From positions 1 to 19,453 of the forward strand of contig CAWAQU010000004.1 in the NCBI GenBank assembly GCA_963784355.1: 19,453 nt of DNA, written 5' to 3'. The notes beneath the pieces are model-generated. The model was not told where the DNA came from, searched no databases, and saw nothing but the letters and a program-made list of their open reading frames with translations. This document shows, one piece after another, positions 1-7,681 of the stretch. Positions within the stretch are counted from its first letter, which is position 1, and each line of letters starts with the position of its first letter. The stretch is from an uncultured bacterium. GTDB lineage: Bacteria > Patescibacteriota > JACMRA01. The translations under genes and the position numbers were made by a program.

Positions 1-230
1 CGGTGCTGCTGTCCCGCACCCGACACCTCCGCGGGACGCAGACGTCCCTCGCCGGCAGAACGACGGTGGCGGCTGCTGAGGGTTCGGCTAGCCGATGCGA
101 GGTCGCCCAGGCGCCGGGTCTCGGCAGCCGACGGGCTCGCTAGCCAGGTCGTCTCCGCGGTAAGTGCGCTGCGCCGGCGCACTCTCCGACACGGCTGGCT
201 TGGGGTGCGCCCATCGTCTACTCGCCGAAC

Positions 231-236
231 TAAAGT
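231..236 (+). promoter_or_regulatory. TANNNT -10 box for a leaderless transcript of the GNAT gene
   Basis: TAAAGT, conspicuous in GC-rich DNA, sits 7 nt before GTG at 244, the typical actinobacterial leaderless geometry. Confidence 0.55.
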
Positions 237-243
237 CCCCGAC

Positions 244-450
244 GTGACGATCCCCGGGCTCCGGTTCACCTCCCCCACGGCCGAGCTGGCCGAGCAGTTC
301 CTGACCTGGCGCCGCCGGCCCGACGTGACCCGTTGGTTCCTGCAGCAGCGCATCGAGGACACCGAGGAGTACGTCGCCGACTGGGCGGCGTACGACGACC
401 ACGACCACCACCGGGTCGTGGCGGTCCTCGACGGCGCGATGGTCGGCCAT
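244..450 (+). CDS. 5' fragment of a RimJ/RimL-type GNAT N-acetyltransferase, truncated at the junction (frame stays open to 495)
   Basis: From GTG244: LRFTSPTAELAEQFLTWRRRPDVTRWF...EEYVADW...RVVAVLDGAMVGH fits the N-terminal half of a RimJ/RimL GNAT; the acetyl-CoA-binding motif A is missing. Confidence 0.65.
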
Positions 451-509
451 ATGGAATTGGTCTGCAATATTAGATATTTAAAGATTGATTTATAATAAAT
501 TCAGCCTAT

Positions 510-1031
510 TTAGTTCAGTGTATTCTCGCCTTTTTTCCAGTCAACAGGGCAAAGTTTACCTGTTTGTAGAGCGTCAATGACTCTTAGGACCTCTTCAACA
601 CTTCTACCAACGTTATTATCACTTACTTGGTACCATCTTAATATACCTTCAGGGTCAATAATAAAAGTTGCTCTAAAAGATTGTGCTTCTTCTTCGATAA
701 ACACATTATAATCAATTGAGGCTGTGTGATGCACATCCGCTAGTAAGGGATAATTAATTCCACCCAAGCTTTCTGCCCAGGCTCTATGAACGTGGTGTGA
801 ATCTACAGAGCAACCCAATACTTCAACATTTTTTTCTTGAAAACTTTGTAAATGTTCGTTAAAACTTTTAACTTCTGTAGGACAAATAAATGTAAAATCA
901 GCAGGGTAAAAAAAGAATGTAACCCATTTACCTTTTAATTCTAATAGGCTCCAAACGCTTTCAGTATTTTTTAAGATTCCTTTTAATTTGAAGTCTGGAG
1001 CTGGATGGCCGATTTTTAAGGTAGAAAACAT
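510..1031 (-). CDS. ahpC: Typical 2-Cys peroxiredoxin (AhpC/Prx1 family)
   Basis: FYPADFTFICPTE peroxidatic motif, SVDS..H.AW, GRSVEE and resolving LCPVDW motif. Confidence 0.93.
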   Translation of the reverse strand: MFSTLKIGHPAPDFKLKGILKNTESVWSLLELKGKWVTFFFYPADFTFICPTEVKSFNEHLQSFQEKNVEVLGCSVDSHHVHRAWAESLGGINYPLLADVHHTASIDYNVFIEEEAQSFRATFIIDPEGILRWYQVSDNNVGRSVEEVLRVIDALQTGKLCPVDWKKGENTLN

Positions 1032-1038
1032 ATGTTAA

Positions 1039-1067
1039 AAAGTATTTAAATCACGTCAGTTTGTCAA
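1039..1067 (-). promoter_or_regulatory. Sigma70 promoter, probably leaderless, for the peroxiredoxin
   Basis: TTGACA (1067-1062), 17 nt, TACTTT (1044-1039), then 7 nt to ATG at 1031. Confidence 0.65.
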
Positions 1068-1094
1068 ATAAAGTCTATGTTTCTCAATCATTTC

Positions 1095-2234
1095 CTATTT
1101 ATTCCGCATTTTCTCCAAAATCTGCTTTTCTTCCTCAGTTAGTCTGTCAGGCATTTTTATTTTCAGTTTAACAAAATGATCTCCTTTTTGAGAGGGGTTA
1201 TTGAGTTTAGGCATGCCTTGCCCTTTTAATCTAAGTTTTCCCTCAGGGTTGGTATTTTCAGGTATACTTATTTCTACATCGCCCCATACAGTATAAACAT
1301 CAACTTTACCTCCTAAAACTAAGTCAAAATAATTTATTTCTACGGTTGAGACAATATCTTGATTTTCTCTAATAAGTATTTTGTTGGGTGATATTTCCAC
1401 AATTAAATATAGATCTCCAGGCTCAGAACCTCGATACCCTGCCTGCCCTTTACCGGTAATTCTAATTCTGTCTCCCGAGTCAACACCTACAGGTATTTTT
1501 ACCTCTAGCTCTTCTGTCTCCTGTGTAAAACCTTTACCAACACAAATATTACAGGATCTTTCAAAAGTTTTACCAACTCCTTCACAAGTAGGACACACCG
1601 TCTCTTGTTGTATGGTCCCAAAAAAAGTCTCAACTCTTTGATAAACTCTTCCATTACCTTTGCAAGTTGCACAGTTATTTACTTTAGTACCGGGTTCGTA
1701 ACCTTTACCTTCACAATGTTTACACTTGATATTATGTTTGTATTGAAAAGACTTTTCTACCCCTCTGGCTGCATCTTCTAAAGAGATTTTGATACTCATC
1801 TCTATATCTACTCCCTTTTGCCTGCTAGCAGATTTAGTTTTTGTGTTAGTTCTTCGTGTACTTCCAAAATTGCCACCGAAAAAAGTCTCAAAGACATCAT
1901 TTAAATCATCAAATGGGCTAGCACCACCGTTACCAAAATCAAATTGTACTCCACCACCGTTACTAAAACCGTTATTGAATCCTGTATTGTAATTGTTGTA
2001 CCCAGCACCTGCGTTTTGTGATGTATTATTGCCAAATCTATCGTAATTCTGCCTTTTTTGTGAATCTCCTAAAACTTCATAGGCATTATTTATTTCCTTG
2101 AATTTACTCTCAGCTTCTTTATTACCGGGATTTTTATCAGGATGATATTGATGTGCTAATTTTCTATAAGCTTTTTTAATTTCGTCTTGGGTAGAGGCAC
2201 GATTGACGCCTAAAGTTTCGTAAAGATCTTGCAT
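1095..2234 (-). CDS. dnaJ: Chaperone DnaJ (class A)
   Basis: J-domain with HPD, G/F-rich linker, four CxxCxGxG zinc-finger repeats and C-terminal substrate-binding domain. Confidence 0.97.
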   Translation of the reverse strand: MQDLYETLGVNRASTQDEIKKAYRKLAHQYHPDKNPGNKEAESKFKEINNAYEVLGDSQKRQNYDRFGNNTSQNAGAGYNNYNTGFNNGFSNGGGVQFDFGNGGASPFDDLNDVFETFFGGNFGSTRRTNTKTKSASRQKGVDIEMSIKISLEDAARGVEKSFQYKHNIKCKHCEGKGYEPGTKVNNCATCKGNGRVYQRVETFFGTIQQETVCPTCEGVGKTFERSCNICVGKGFTQETEELEVKIPVGVDSGDRIRITGKGQAGYRGSEPGDLYLIVEISPNKILIRENQDIVSTVEINYFDLVLGGKVDVYTVWGDVEISIPENTNPEGKLRLKGQGMPKLNNPSQKGDHFVKLKIKMPDRLTEEEKQILEKMRNK

Positions 2235-2253
2235 AAACTAAATCAGATAAATT

Positions 2254-2280
2254 CTAGCAATATTGAATTGGATTTGCTAT
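2254..2280. promoter_or_regulatory. Degenerate CIRCE-like operator (putative HrcA site) overlapping the dnaJ promoter
   Basis: TAGCA (2255-2259), 15 nt, TGCTA (2275-2279) matches the CIRCE core and spacing; overlaps extended -10 TGcTAGAAT (2259-2251, minus strand). Confidence 0.55.
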
Positions 2281-2380
2281 ATTTTGTCAAACCCTTTGAG
2301 GTAGGCATTTGACATAACAATTTCTATTGAGATAGGTTATTTACTCTTGTTCTAGATAAAGTTATATTGTTATCTTGATT

Positions 2381-3655
2381 TTAGCTCCAGGGCCAAATAC
2401 TTTTAAAAACTCCTGATAAACCTTGATTTGAGTTGCTCCCGGAGCGATTACTTGTACCACTTGATTTATTTAGTCTTTGAGTATATGTAATGTCTTCAGA
2501 GTGAAAAAGTGAATAGGCTGCAAGAGCAATTACATTAATAAATGCAGGATCATTATTATAATCTGGCACAAATTCAACTATATTTTGGTCAAAAGCATAT
2601 TTAAATATTGGTTGTCTAAGGACTTGTTTTGCAACTTCCTCGATATTTTTCAATGCTGCACCACCACCAATTAAAACAGCGCCTCCAGGGAGTGAGTTTT
2701 TACCAAGTCTTCTCAATTCTTTACTAATATATAAAAATATTTCTTCTACCCTTGGCTTGGCATATTGCCTTATTTCTTCTAATTTAAATGTCTCATTTAT
2801 CTGCAAATCCGGATTATACATTTCGATTTCTTTTAGCTCTTCTTCGTTTTCTACACTAAGATCTAAATATTGCTTTTTAACTTCCTCAGCCATCTCAATA
2901 TTTGTTTGAAGACCCACTGCTAAATCCGCTGTAATGTGATCACTCCCAATAGGTATTACGCCACTACCTAAAATTTCTTCATTTTCCCAGACAATAAATG
3001 AAGTTGTTGCGTAGCCAATGTCAATTAGTATAGTACCAGCCTTTTTTTGCCTCAAGGTGAGTAAAAAATCACCGCTTGCAAGCGGATTAAAGATACGATC
3101 TGATATATCAATGTTAGCTTGGCTAAAAACCTTTGAAAAATTTCTCAGATAGCTTGTTTCACAACTAATAATTAAAGTTTTAGCTTCTAATTTTGATCCG
3201 ACCATTCCCACAGGAAATCTAATTCCCTTTTGGTTATCTACTGAAAAATTTCTTGGAATAACATGTAAAATCTCGTTGTTATTTATTCCAAACGCTTTTG
3301 TAAGACTGTCTTGGATAACCCTTTCAATATCATTATCCAGTATTTCATTATCAGGCCTGGAAATTATAACAAGTCCATCTGAATTGGTAAAAGTTATACT
3401 AGTGCCGTTTATGCCAATTATGGCTTTTCTTATAGGTAGTCCAATAATACTTTCTGCTTGGTTTATTGTATCTACAAGAGTTTCAGTAGCTTCACTCATG
3501 TTTGTAACAATACCTCTTCTAATTCCACCAGAAGGTCTTTCAACTAAAGCTAGTATTTGGACTTTGTCTTGCTCATCCAACGAATCTTTGGCTACAGCCA
3601 ATTTTATTGAATGGGAGCCTATATCTATTGCAACTAGATAGGGATCTTTTGCCAC
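2381..3655 (-). CDS. ftsA: Cell division protein FtsA
   Basis: IDIGSHSIK, GIRRGIVTN, PVGMVGSKLE, IDIGYATT, HITADLAVGL and LIGGGA actin-like motifs; C-terminal amphipathic tail GVFKSIWPWS; GTG start. Confidence 0.95.
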   Translation of the reverse strand: MAKDPYLVAIDIGSHSIKLAVAKDSLDEQDKVQILALVERPSGGIRRGIVTNMSEATETLVDTINQAESIIGLPIRKAIIGINGTSITFTNSDGLVIISRPDNEILDNDIERVIQDSLTKAFGINNNEILHVIPRNFSVDNQKGIRFPVGMVGSKLEAKTLIISCETSYLRNFSKVFSQANIDISDRIFNPLASGDFLLTLRQKKAGTILIDIGYATTSFIVWENEEILGSGVIPIGSDHITADLAVGLQTNIEMAEEVKKQYLDLSVENEEELKEIEMYNPDLQINETFKLEEIRQYAKPRVEEIFLYISKELRRLGKNSLPGGAVLIGGGAALKNIEEVAKQVLRQPIFKYAFDQNIVEFVPDYNNDPAFINVIALAAYSLFHSEDITYTQRLNKSSGTSNRSGSNSNQGLSGVFKSIWPWS

Positions 3656-3684
3656 GATTTTATTTAATTAAATTTAAGTTTATA

Positions 3685-3897
3685 TTATTTCTTTCCTATT
3701 CTTTCAACTATTTCCTGTTTTGCAAGATAAGCTGCTTTTCTGACGGCTTTAATCTTTTTTTGAAGTTTTGATAAAGGTTTAACCAAGTGCTGAATTTTTC
3801 TTTTTCTAGCTACTAGATTACTCTTTTTTACTCTTTTTAGAAAAGTACTTATTACTTTCTGTGAAGAATCTTCTTGATTGCGTTTAACTAAGATCAT
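3685..3897 (-). CDS. rpsU: 30S ribosomal protein bS21 (divergent, CPR-like)
   Basis: 70 aa, very basic; VKR..E.S..VI..F.KRVKKS.L....K.....KP.SK..KK..A pattern. Confidence 0.8.
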   Translation of the reverse strand: MILVKRNQEDSSQKVISTFLKRVKKSNLVARKRKIQHLVKPLSKLQKKIKAVRKAAYLAKQEIVERIGKK

Positions 3898-3900
3898 AAA

Positions 3901-4254
3901 TTAATTAATTTGTTTAAAGTTTGTGAAGAAAATACTTAAAAGAGATAACCCTGATAAGATTACCGTAGATAAAATTAAATTTAAATTATTCAACTTTATT
4001 ATGTATGGTAGAAAATTTAAAATAATATCAAGTATAAATACGGTTAAGACAAAAGTTCTAATGTTTAGGAACCCTTTTACAAAATTGAACGTATCTTTAG
4101 CAAAAATTGAGGCAATTACTAGAATTAATCCAAAAAATGATATGCCAAATGAGCTACTAATTTTATCTCCACCAAAAATAAAAGATGATACTACTAATAA
4201 AAGACCAATGATTAAATTGATTATTACAAAAATTTTATAAGGTATTAATGACAT
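3901..4254 (-). CDS. Small 4-TM membrane protein, possibly a divergent SPW-repeat family member
   Basis: Four hydrophobic segments; NLIIGLLLVVSSFIFG loosely resembles an SPW repeat; tightly packed between rplS and rpsU. Confidence 0.7.
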   Translation of the reverse strand: MSLIPYKIFVIINLIIGLLLVVSSFIFGGDKISSSFGISFFGLILVIASIFAKDTFNFVKGFLNIRTFVLTVFILDIILNFLPYIIKLNNLNLILSTVILSGLSLLSIFFTNFKQIN

Positions 4255-4268
4255 ATTAAATTTTAGAC

Positions 4269-4649
4269 TTAACCAACTTGAACCGCTTTTATGGCTTTAG
4301 ACTTAACCGCTTTAATTGGATCTTTTAGATCGTGTAAGTATCTAAGATTAGCTTTTTTTGCTCTTTTGTAAGCTGTAACTACTACCTTTTCGATAAATGG
4401 TGAGTGTAATGGGAATGTTCTTTCAACTTTGATATTTCCTGTGGCAACTTTAAGTACTGTAAAAGTAGCATCTAAAGTTTTTCCAGAGTGGATATCAACT
4501 ACAATTCCGCTAAAGGTTTGAACTCTTTCTTTATTTCCTTCTTTAATGCGGTAGTAGACGTCAACTAGAGATCCTGCTTTAAAATCAGGTATGTCATTTC
4601 TAAGTTGTGCAGTGACTACCTTACTTTTTTGTATGAGAGAATTAGACAT
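4269..4649 (-). CDS. rplS: 50S ribosomal protein bL19
   Basis: IPDFKAG, IKEGNKERVQTFSG, TFTV.K, VERTFPLHSP.I and A.LRYL motifs. Confidence 0.96.
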   Translation of the reverse strand: MSNSLIQKSKVVTAQLRNDIPDFKAGSLVDVYYRIKEGNKERVQTFSGIVVDIHSGKTLDATFTVLKVATGNIKVERTFPLHSPFIEKVVVTAYKRAKKANLRYLHDLKDPIKAVKSKAIKAVQVG

Positions 4650-4659
4650 AATTACATTA

Positions 4660-4689
4660 ATAATAATAAAACTTTTCCTGTTTCGTCAA
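4660..4689 (-). promoter_or_regulatory. Putative sigma70 promoter for rplS-rpsU-ftsA
   Basis: TTGACG (4689-4684), 18 nt, TATTAT (4665-4660), 10 nt upstream of ATG. Confidence 0.45.
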
Positions 4690-4721
4690 GCTTAAAAACC
4701 TGTTCAGCTTAAAAAAATATT

Positions 4722-6677
4722 TTATTTAAATTTCCATTCTCTTTTTGTATCAACATACCAGCTTGCTATCAAACTGTAAACTTCGTTACTATTAATACTA
4801 AAACTAGGCATACTGCTATTTAGTCCTCCAACTCTGTCAGAATAGTTAATTTCTTTTAAAGATCTAAATAAGTTTAAACCAACAAATTCCTTGGAAAAAA
4901 AATCTGTAAGCTTGTCTTTGCTTTCCTGATCAGTTAGCCCACTAGTTGAATATTTGTACAAAGTGTCTTCAATTTTAGAATCCACAATTTCTTTTTGATT
5001 ATTGGCTCTAAACTGAATTAAATCTCTACCCTTCATTCCATATAATGGATATGGGTCTTTGCTGACCAGGTTAATTGGTAAGAATGCAATGCTATATTCT
5101 TTGTTTCCAAGCTTCTTTTGCACCTCATCATTTCCTGTAATCAAATCTGCAGGCATACCAATGTCCCTCAGAAAAGCTTGCAATTCAACTAATAAACTGT
5201 TTGAGTCTTCAAAACCGATTAAAGTTAACTTGTTTATAGGGTTGCATTTACGACCACACACTAGAACTTTTTTAATGTTAGTTTTAGTATCTTCTTCTAA
5301 TTTGTAAGTTTTATTATCTAGAATATCTTTATTATTTTCAGGGCACTCAGGAGTAAATTCCGCACCGATTTGTATAGGTAGAACCCTTTTATTTTTCGGT
5401 ATGTTCTCTATACCTTGATAAGTAGTTTGGTTGATATTAAAATTGATTAAACTACAAATTAGATATTTTCTTAGAGAATAGTTTAAAAATACATCACTCC
5501 TTCTAATATTTAAAAAGGCCTCATAGTATACATTTGTTCCGATAACTTTCTGATTTAAACCTAGTTTAGAATTTAATTCTGCAGATGCAGGAGAGGTATT
5601 TGGTCCAAGTGAGCGGGTAAAAAGGTCAACTTTTTGATTTTTTGAAGCTCTTTCTATTGAGTCTACATTCGTGCCTCCAATGTCAAATAGGTTTGTATAT
5701 TTTTGAATAATGTACTTATCTATTTTAACTCCTTCTCTTGCATTCTGAACAGGATTTTTACTTAATACAACCGTGTTATAACCATCAACACCATCTTCTT
5801 TAATGGGATTATCGAGTAATGTGCCTGTATTTTTATTGGGATCTTTTACCTTGTCTTTGGTAAATGTAAAGTAGCCTGAAGTAACTAAAGGTTTGCTGGA
5901 ATTGAAATTGTTATAAAGCTTATCTATTGTCTGTTTCTCAAAAAATGTTGCCGGAATCGGGCTAAAATTTGCAACATTTATGAGTTGGGGGTTCGGAGTT
6001 GAGCTTCTTAGATCAAATTCATATTTAGATACTTTAACCAACTCAACTTTTGAAAAAATGTCACGAAATTGGGAATTAGAAGTATTTTCTTTTAAGCGTT
6101 CAAAAGTATATTCAATATCATCTAAAGTTATTTCACTTTGATCAGACCATTTAATATCTTTCCTTAGTTCAAATCGCAAAATTTTGTATCTATCTTCTGT
6201 GTTCTTGTTTTCTAAATCTTGCCATTGAGGTGTTTTTGAAAGTAAGATTGGTTTGAAACTTATGTCTTGAGTGGTACTATTTAAATAATCTGGAAAATCT
6301 ACCTCATATAAAGGATGATATAGTAAATTAGCAACTTTTCTTTCGCCCTCTCCTGATAATTCTAAAACCGGGTTAAACAGTTTGAAAGTTTGATCTGAGA
6401 TTGCTTCTCTAAAGTCGCCACCAGAGTCTGGAACTTCTTTTGTAGCAACTAAATAAACACCGAAAATGAAAAAGTAGCTGGAAATTAAAAAACCAATTAT
6501 ACTCGCTGTTAAAATTACTTTTATAGGATAAGAAGCTTCAACAATTGATATCCCAACTAATTTAAACTTTTTAAAATTACTCCAATTAATTGGCCATGAT
6601 TCCTGAATAATTTTTCTGAAACTTACAACAAGTTCAATTATCCAATTTTTAATTTTTTCCAGGCTGAAGTTTTCCAT
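4722..6677 (-). CDS. Membrane-anchored ABC-type substrate-binding protein, family 5 (OppA/DppA-like), divergent
   Basis: N-terminal TM helix, VPDSGGDFRE, FNPVL, LLYHPL and F.LRKDIKWSDQSEITLDDIEYTF (SBP_bac_5 signature). Confidence 0.8.
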   Translation of the reverse strand: MENFSLEKIKNWIIELVVSFRKIIQESWPINWSNFKKFKLVGISIVEASYPIKVILTASIIGFLISSYFFIFGVYLVATKEVPDSGGDFREAISDQTFKLFNPVLELSGEGERKVANLLYHPLYEVDFPDYLNSTTQDISFKPILLSKTPQWQDLENKNTEDRYKILRFELRKDIKWSDQSEITLDDIEYTFERLKENTSNSQFRDIFSKVELVKVSKYEFDLRSSTPNPQLINVANFSPIPATFFEKQTIDKLYNNFNSSKPLVTSGYFTFTKDKVKDPNKNTGTLLDNPIKEDGVDGYNTVVLSKNPVQNAREGVKIDKYIIQKYTNLFDIGGTNVDSIERASKNQKVDLFTRSLGPNTSPASAELNSKLGLNQKVIGTNVYYEAFLNIRRSDVFLNYSLRKYLICSLINFNINQTTYQGIENIPKNKRVLPIQIGAEFTPECPENNKDILDNKTYKLEEDTKTNIKKVLVCGRKCNPINKLTLIGFEDSNSLLVELQAFLRDIGMPADLITGNDEVQKKLGNKEYSIAFLPINLVSKDPYPLYGMKGRDLIQFRANNQKEIVDSKIEDTLYKYSTSGLTDQESKDKLTDFFSKEFVGLNLFRSLKEINYSDRVGGLNSSMPSFSINSNEVYSLIASWYVDTKREWKFK

Positions 6678-6686
6678 AGTATAAAA

Positions 6687-6920
6687 TTACGCTATGTATA
6701 AAGCTAAAATTCTGATAATTACAAACAAAACTATACATGCTATAGTCAAATTCACAACCCATTTCTCAATACCTCTTCTGGTTAAGTAAATTTCGTCTCT
6801 GCCTCCAAAAGCGCTGGATAAACCGGCCCCTCTATTCTGCATCAAGATTAAAATGACTGCGAGAACTAATAATGAGATCTGCGCAATTAGTAAATTTTGC
6901 TGTGTTAAAATATTATTCAT
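6687..6920 (-). CDS. secG: Preprotein translocase subunit SecG
   Basis: Two TM helices flanking ILMQNRGAGLSSAFGG...TRRGIEK. Confidence 0.93.
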   Translation of the reverse strand: MNNILTQQNLLIAQISLLVLAVILILMQNRGAGLSSAFGGRDEIYLTRRGIEKWVVNLTIACIVLFVIIRILALYIA

Positions 6921-6927
6921 ATATTAC

Positions 6928-7455
6928 TTAATTTTTATACTCTGTATAATTATTTAAATGACTTTCTACTTCTTTTATAGCTTCAGCTTTTCCAAAAACT
7001 CCTTCAACAGTGCACACCTTATTTTGTAGCCTCTTATAGTTTGCAAAAAAATCTGTCATCTCTTTGATTCTATGTTCAGGTATGCTACTAACATCTTCAA
7101 TTTCAGCAAATCTTGGGTCGGCCAGTGGAACTGCTATAATACAATTGTCTTGGTCACCACTATCAATTTTTTTGATTATCCCGATTGCCCTACACTTAAT
7201 TACTGTAGTAGGTGGTACAGGATTCGTGAGAAGTACTGCTACATCCAATGCATCTCCGTCAGCCGCTTTGGTAGATGGTATAAAACCGTAATTGAAAGGG
7301 TAAAATTCAGAAGAATACAAAACTCTATCTAAAAAAAGTGCTCCGGTTTCAGAATCTAATTCGTATTTGTTTTGGCTACCGTATGGAATTTCAATAACCA
7401 CATTGAACTTATCAACTTCGCCGGATGGTAAAAAATATAAATTTTGTGAATTCAT
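6928..7455 (-). CDS. ppa: Family I inorganic pyrophosphatase
   Basis: VIEIP.GS.NKYE, LDRVL, YPFNYGFIP.T, DGDALDV and FF.NYK motifs. Confidence 0.95.
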   Translation of the reverse strand: MNSQNLYFLPSGEVDKFNVVIEIPYGSQNKYELDSETGALFLDRVLYSSEFYPFNYGFIPSTKAADGDALDVAVLLTNPVPPTTVIKCRAIGIIKKIDSGDQDNCIIAVPLADPRFAEIEDVSSIPEHRIKEMTDFFANYKRLQNKVCTVEGVFGKAEAIKEVESHLNNYTEYKN

Positions 7456-7480
7456 ATCAAAATAGTTAACTTAACCCTAA

Positions 7481-7508
7481 AAGTTACAGCTTACAACAAA
7501 AATGTCAA
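7481..7508 (-). promoter_or_regulatory. Putative sigma70 promoter for ppa-secG-SBP
   Basis: TTGACA (7508-7503), 16 nt, TAACTT (7486-7481). Confidence 0.45.
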
Positions 7509-7528
7509 GCTACAAGCAGCATAAAAAT

Positions 7529-7557
7529 TTGACATATTTATTCTTGAAGAGTAATAT
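7529..7557 (+). promoter_or_regulatory. Sigma70 promoter for the serS leader
   Basis: TTGACA (7529-7534), 17 nt, TAATAT (7552-7557); predicted +1 about 7564. Confidence 0.7.
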
Positions 7558-7563
7558 TAAAGC

Positions 7564-7602
7564 ATGTTTCAAGTGCACTTCATTACCTCAATTATTTTAT
7601 AA
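7564..7602 (+). CDS. Putative leaderless leader peptide MFQVHFITSIIL
   Basis: ATG coincides with the predicted transcription start; 12 codons with one Ser codon (TCA 7588-7590); TAA at 7600-7602. Confidence 0.45.
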   Translation: MFQVHFITSIIL

Positions 7603-7609
7603 TTCTATA

Positions 7610-7664
7610 GGGAGTTGCTAGTGTAGTTTGATTATTTTTACTCCCGGATGGGGGAATTTTTATT
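7610..7664 (+). terminator. Putative attenuator: antiterminator versus intrinsic terminator upstream of serS
   Basis: GGGAGT (7610-7615) pairs with ACTCCC (7640-7645); alternatively CTCCC-GGAT-GGGGG (7641-7654) forms a hairpin followed by AATTTTTATT. Confidence 0.55.
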
Positions 7665-7681
7665 AAAAAAATCTTATTAAT

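Larger units (their letters stand above)
1..450. other. High-GC (actinobacterial-like) segment of foreign origin, abruptly joined to AT-rich DNA
   Basis: About 70% GC with G/C-ending codons up to ~450, then about 30% GC from 451 onward with no gradient. Confidence 0.9.

Noticed and set aside
84-95. 12-bp palindrome TCGGCTAGCCGA
   Set aside because: Single occurrence in GC-rich DNA, with no loop or T tract and no assignable function
88-450. 120-aa minus-strand ORF
   Set aside because: Antisense shadow of the GC-rich GNAT gene, with a typical shadow composition (VVVVVVV, R/P/G-rich)
448-453. NdeI site CATATG at the junction suggesting a restriction-ligation chimera
   Set aside because: Intact CATATG sites remain at 1029-1034 and 15453-15458, so coincidence or microhomology is equally plausible
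205-495. 96-aa ORF read as a complete fusion protein
   Set aside because: It crosses the composition junction; the last 14 codons are from unrelated DNA and the likely start is GTG244
4677-4715. Imperfect tandem duplication CCTGTT...AGCTTAAAAA, two copies
   Set aside because: Only two short copies in an AT-rich spacer; not CRISPR-like and no supportable function
7560-7681. T-box riboswitch upstream of serS
   Set aside because: The leader is only about 120 nt and lacks the GGTGGNACCGCG T-box sequence and stem I
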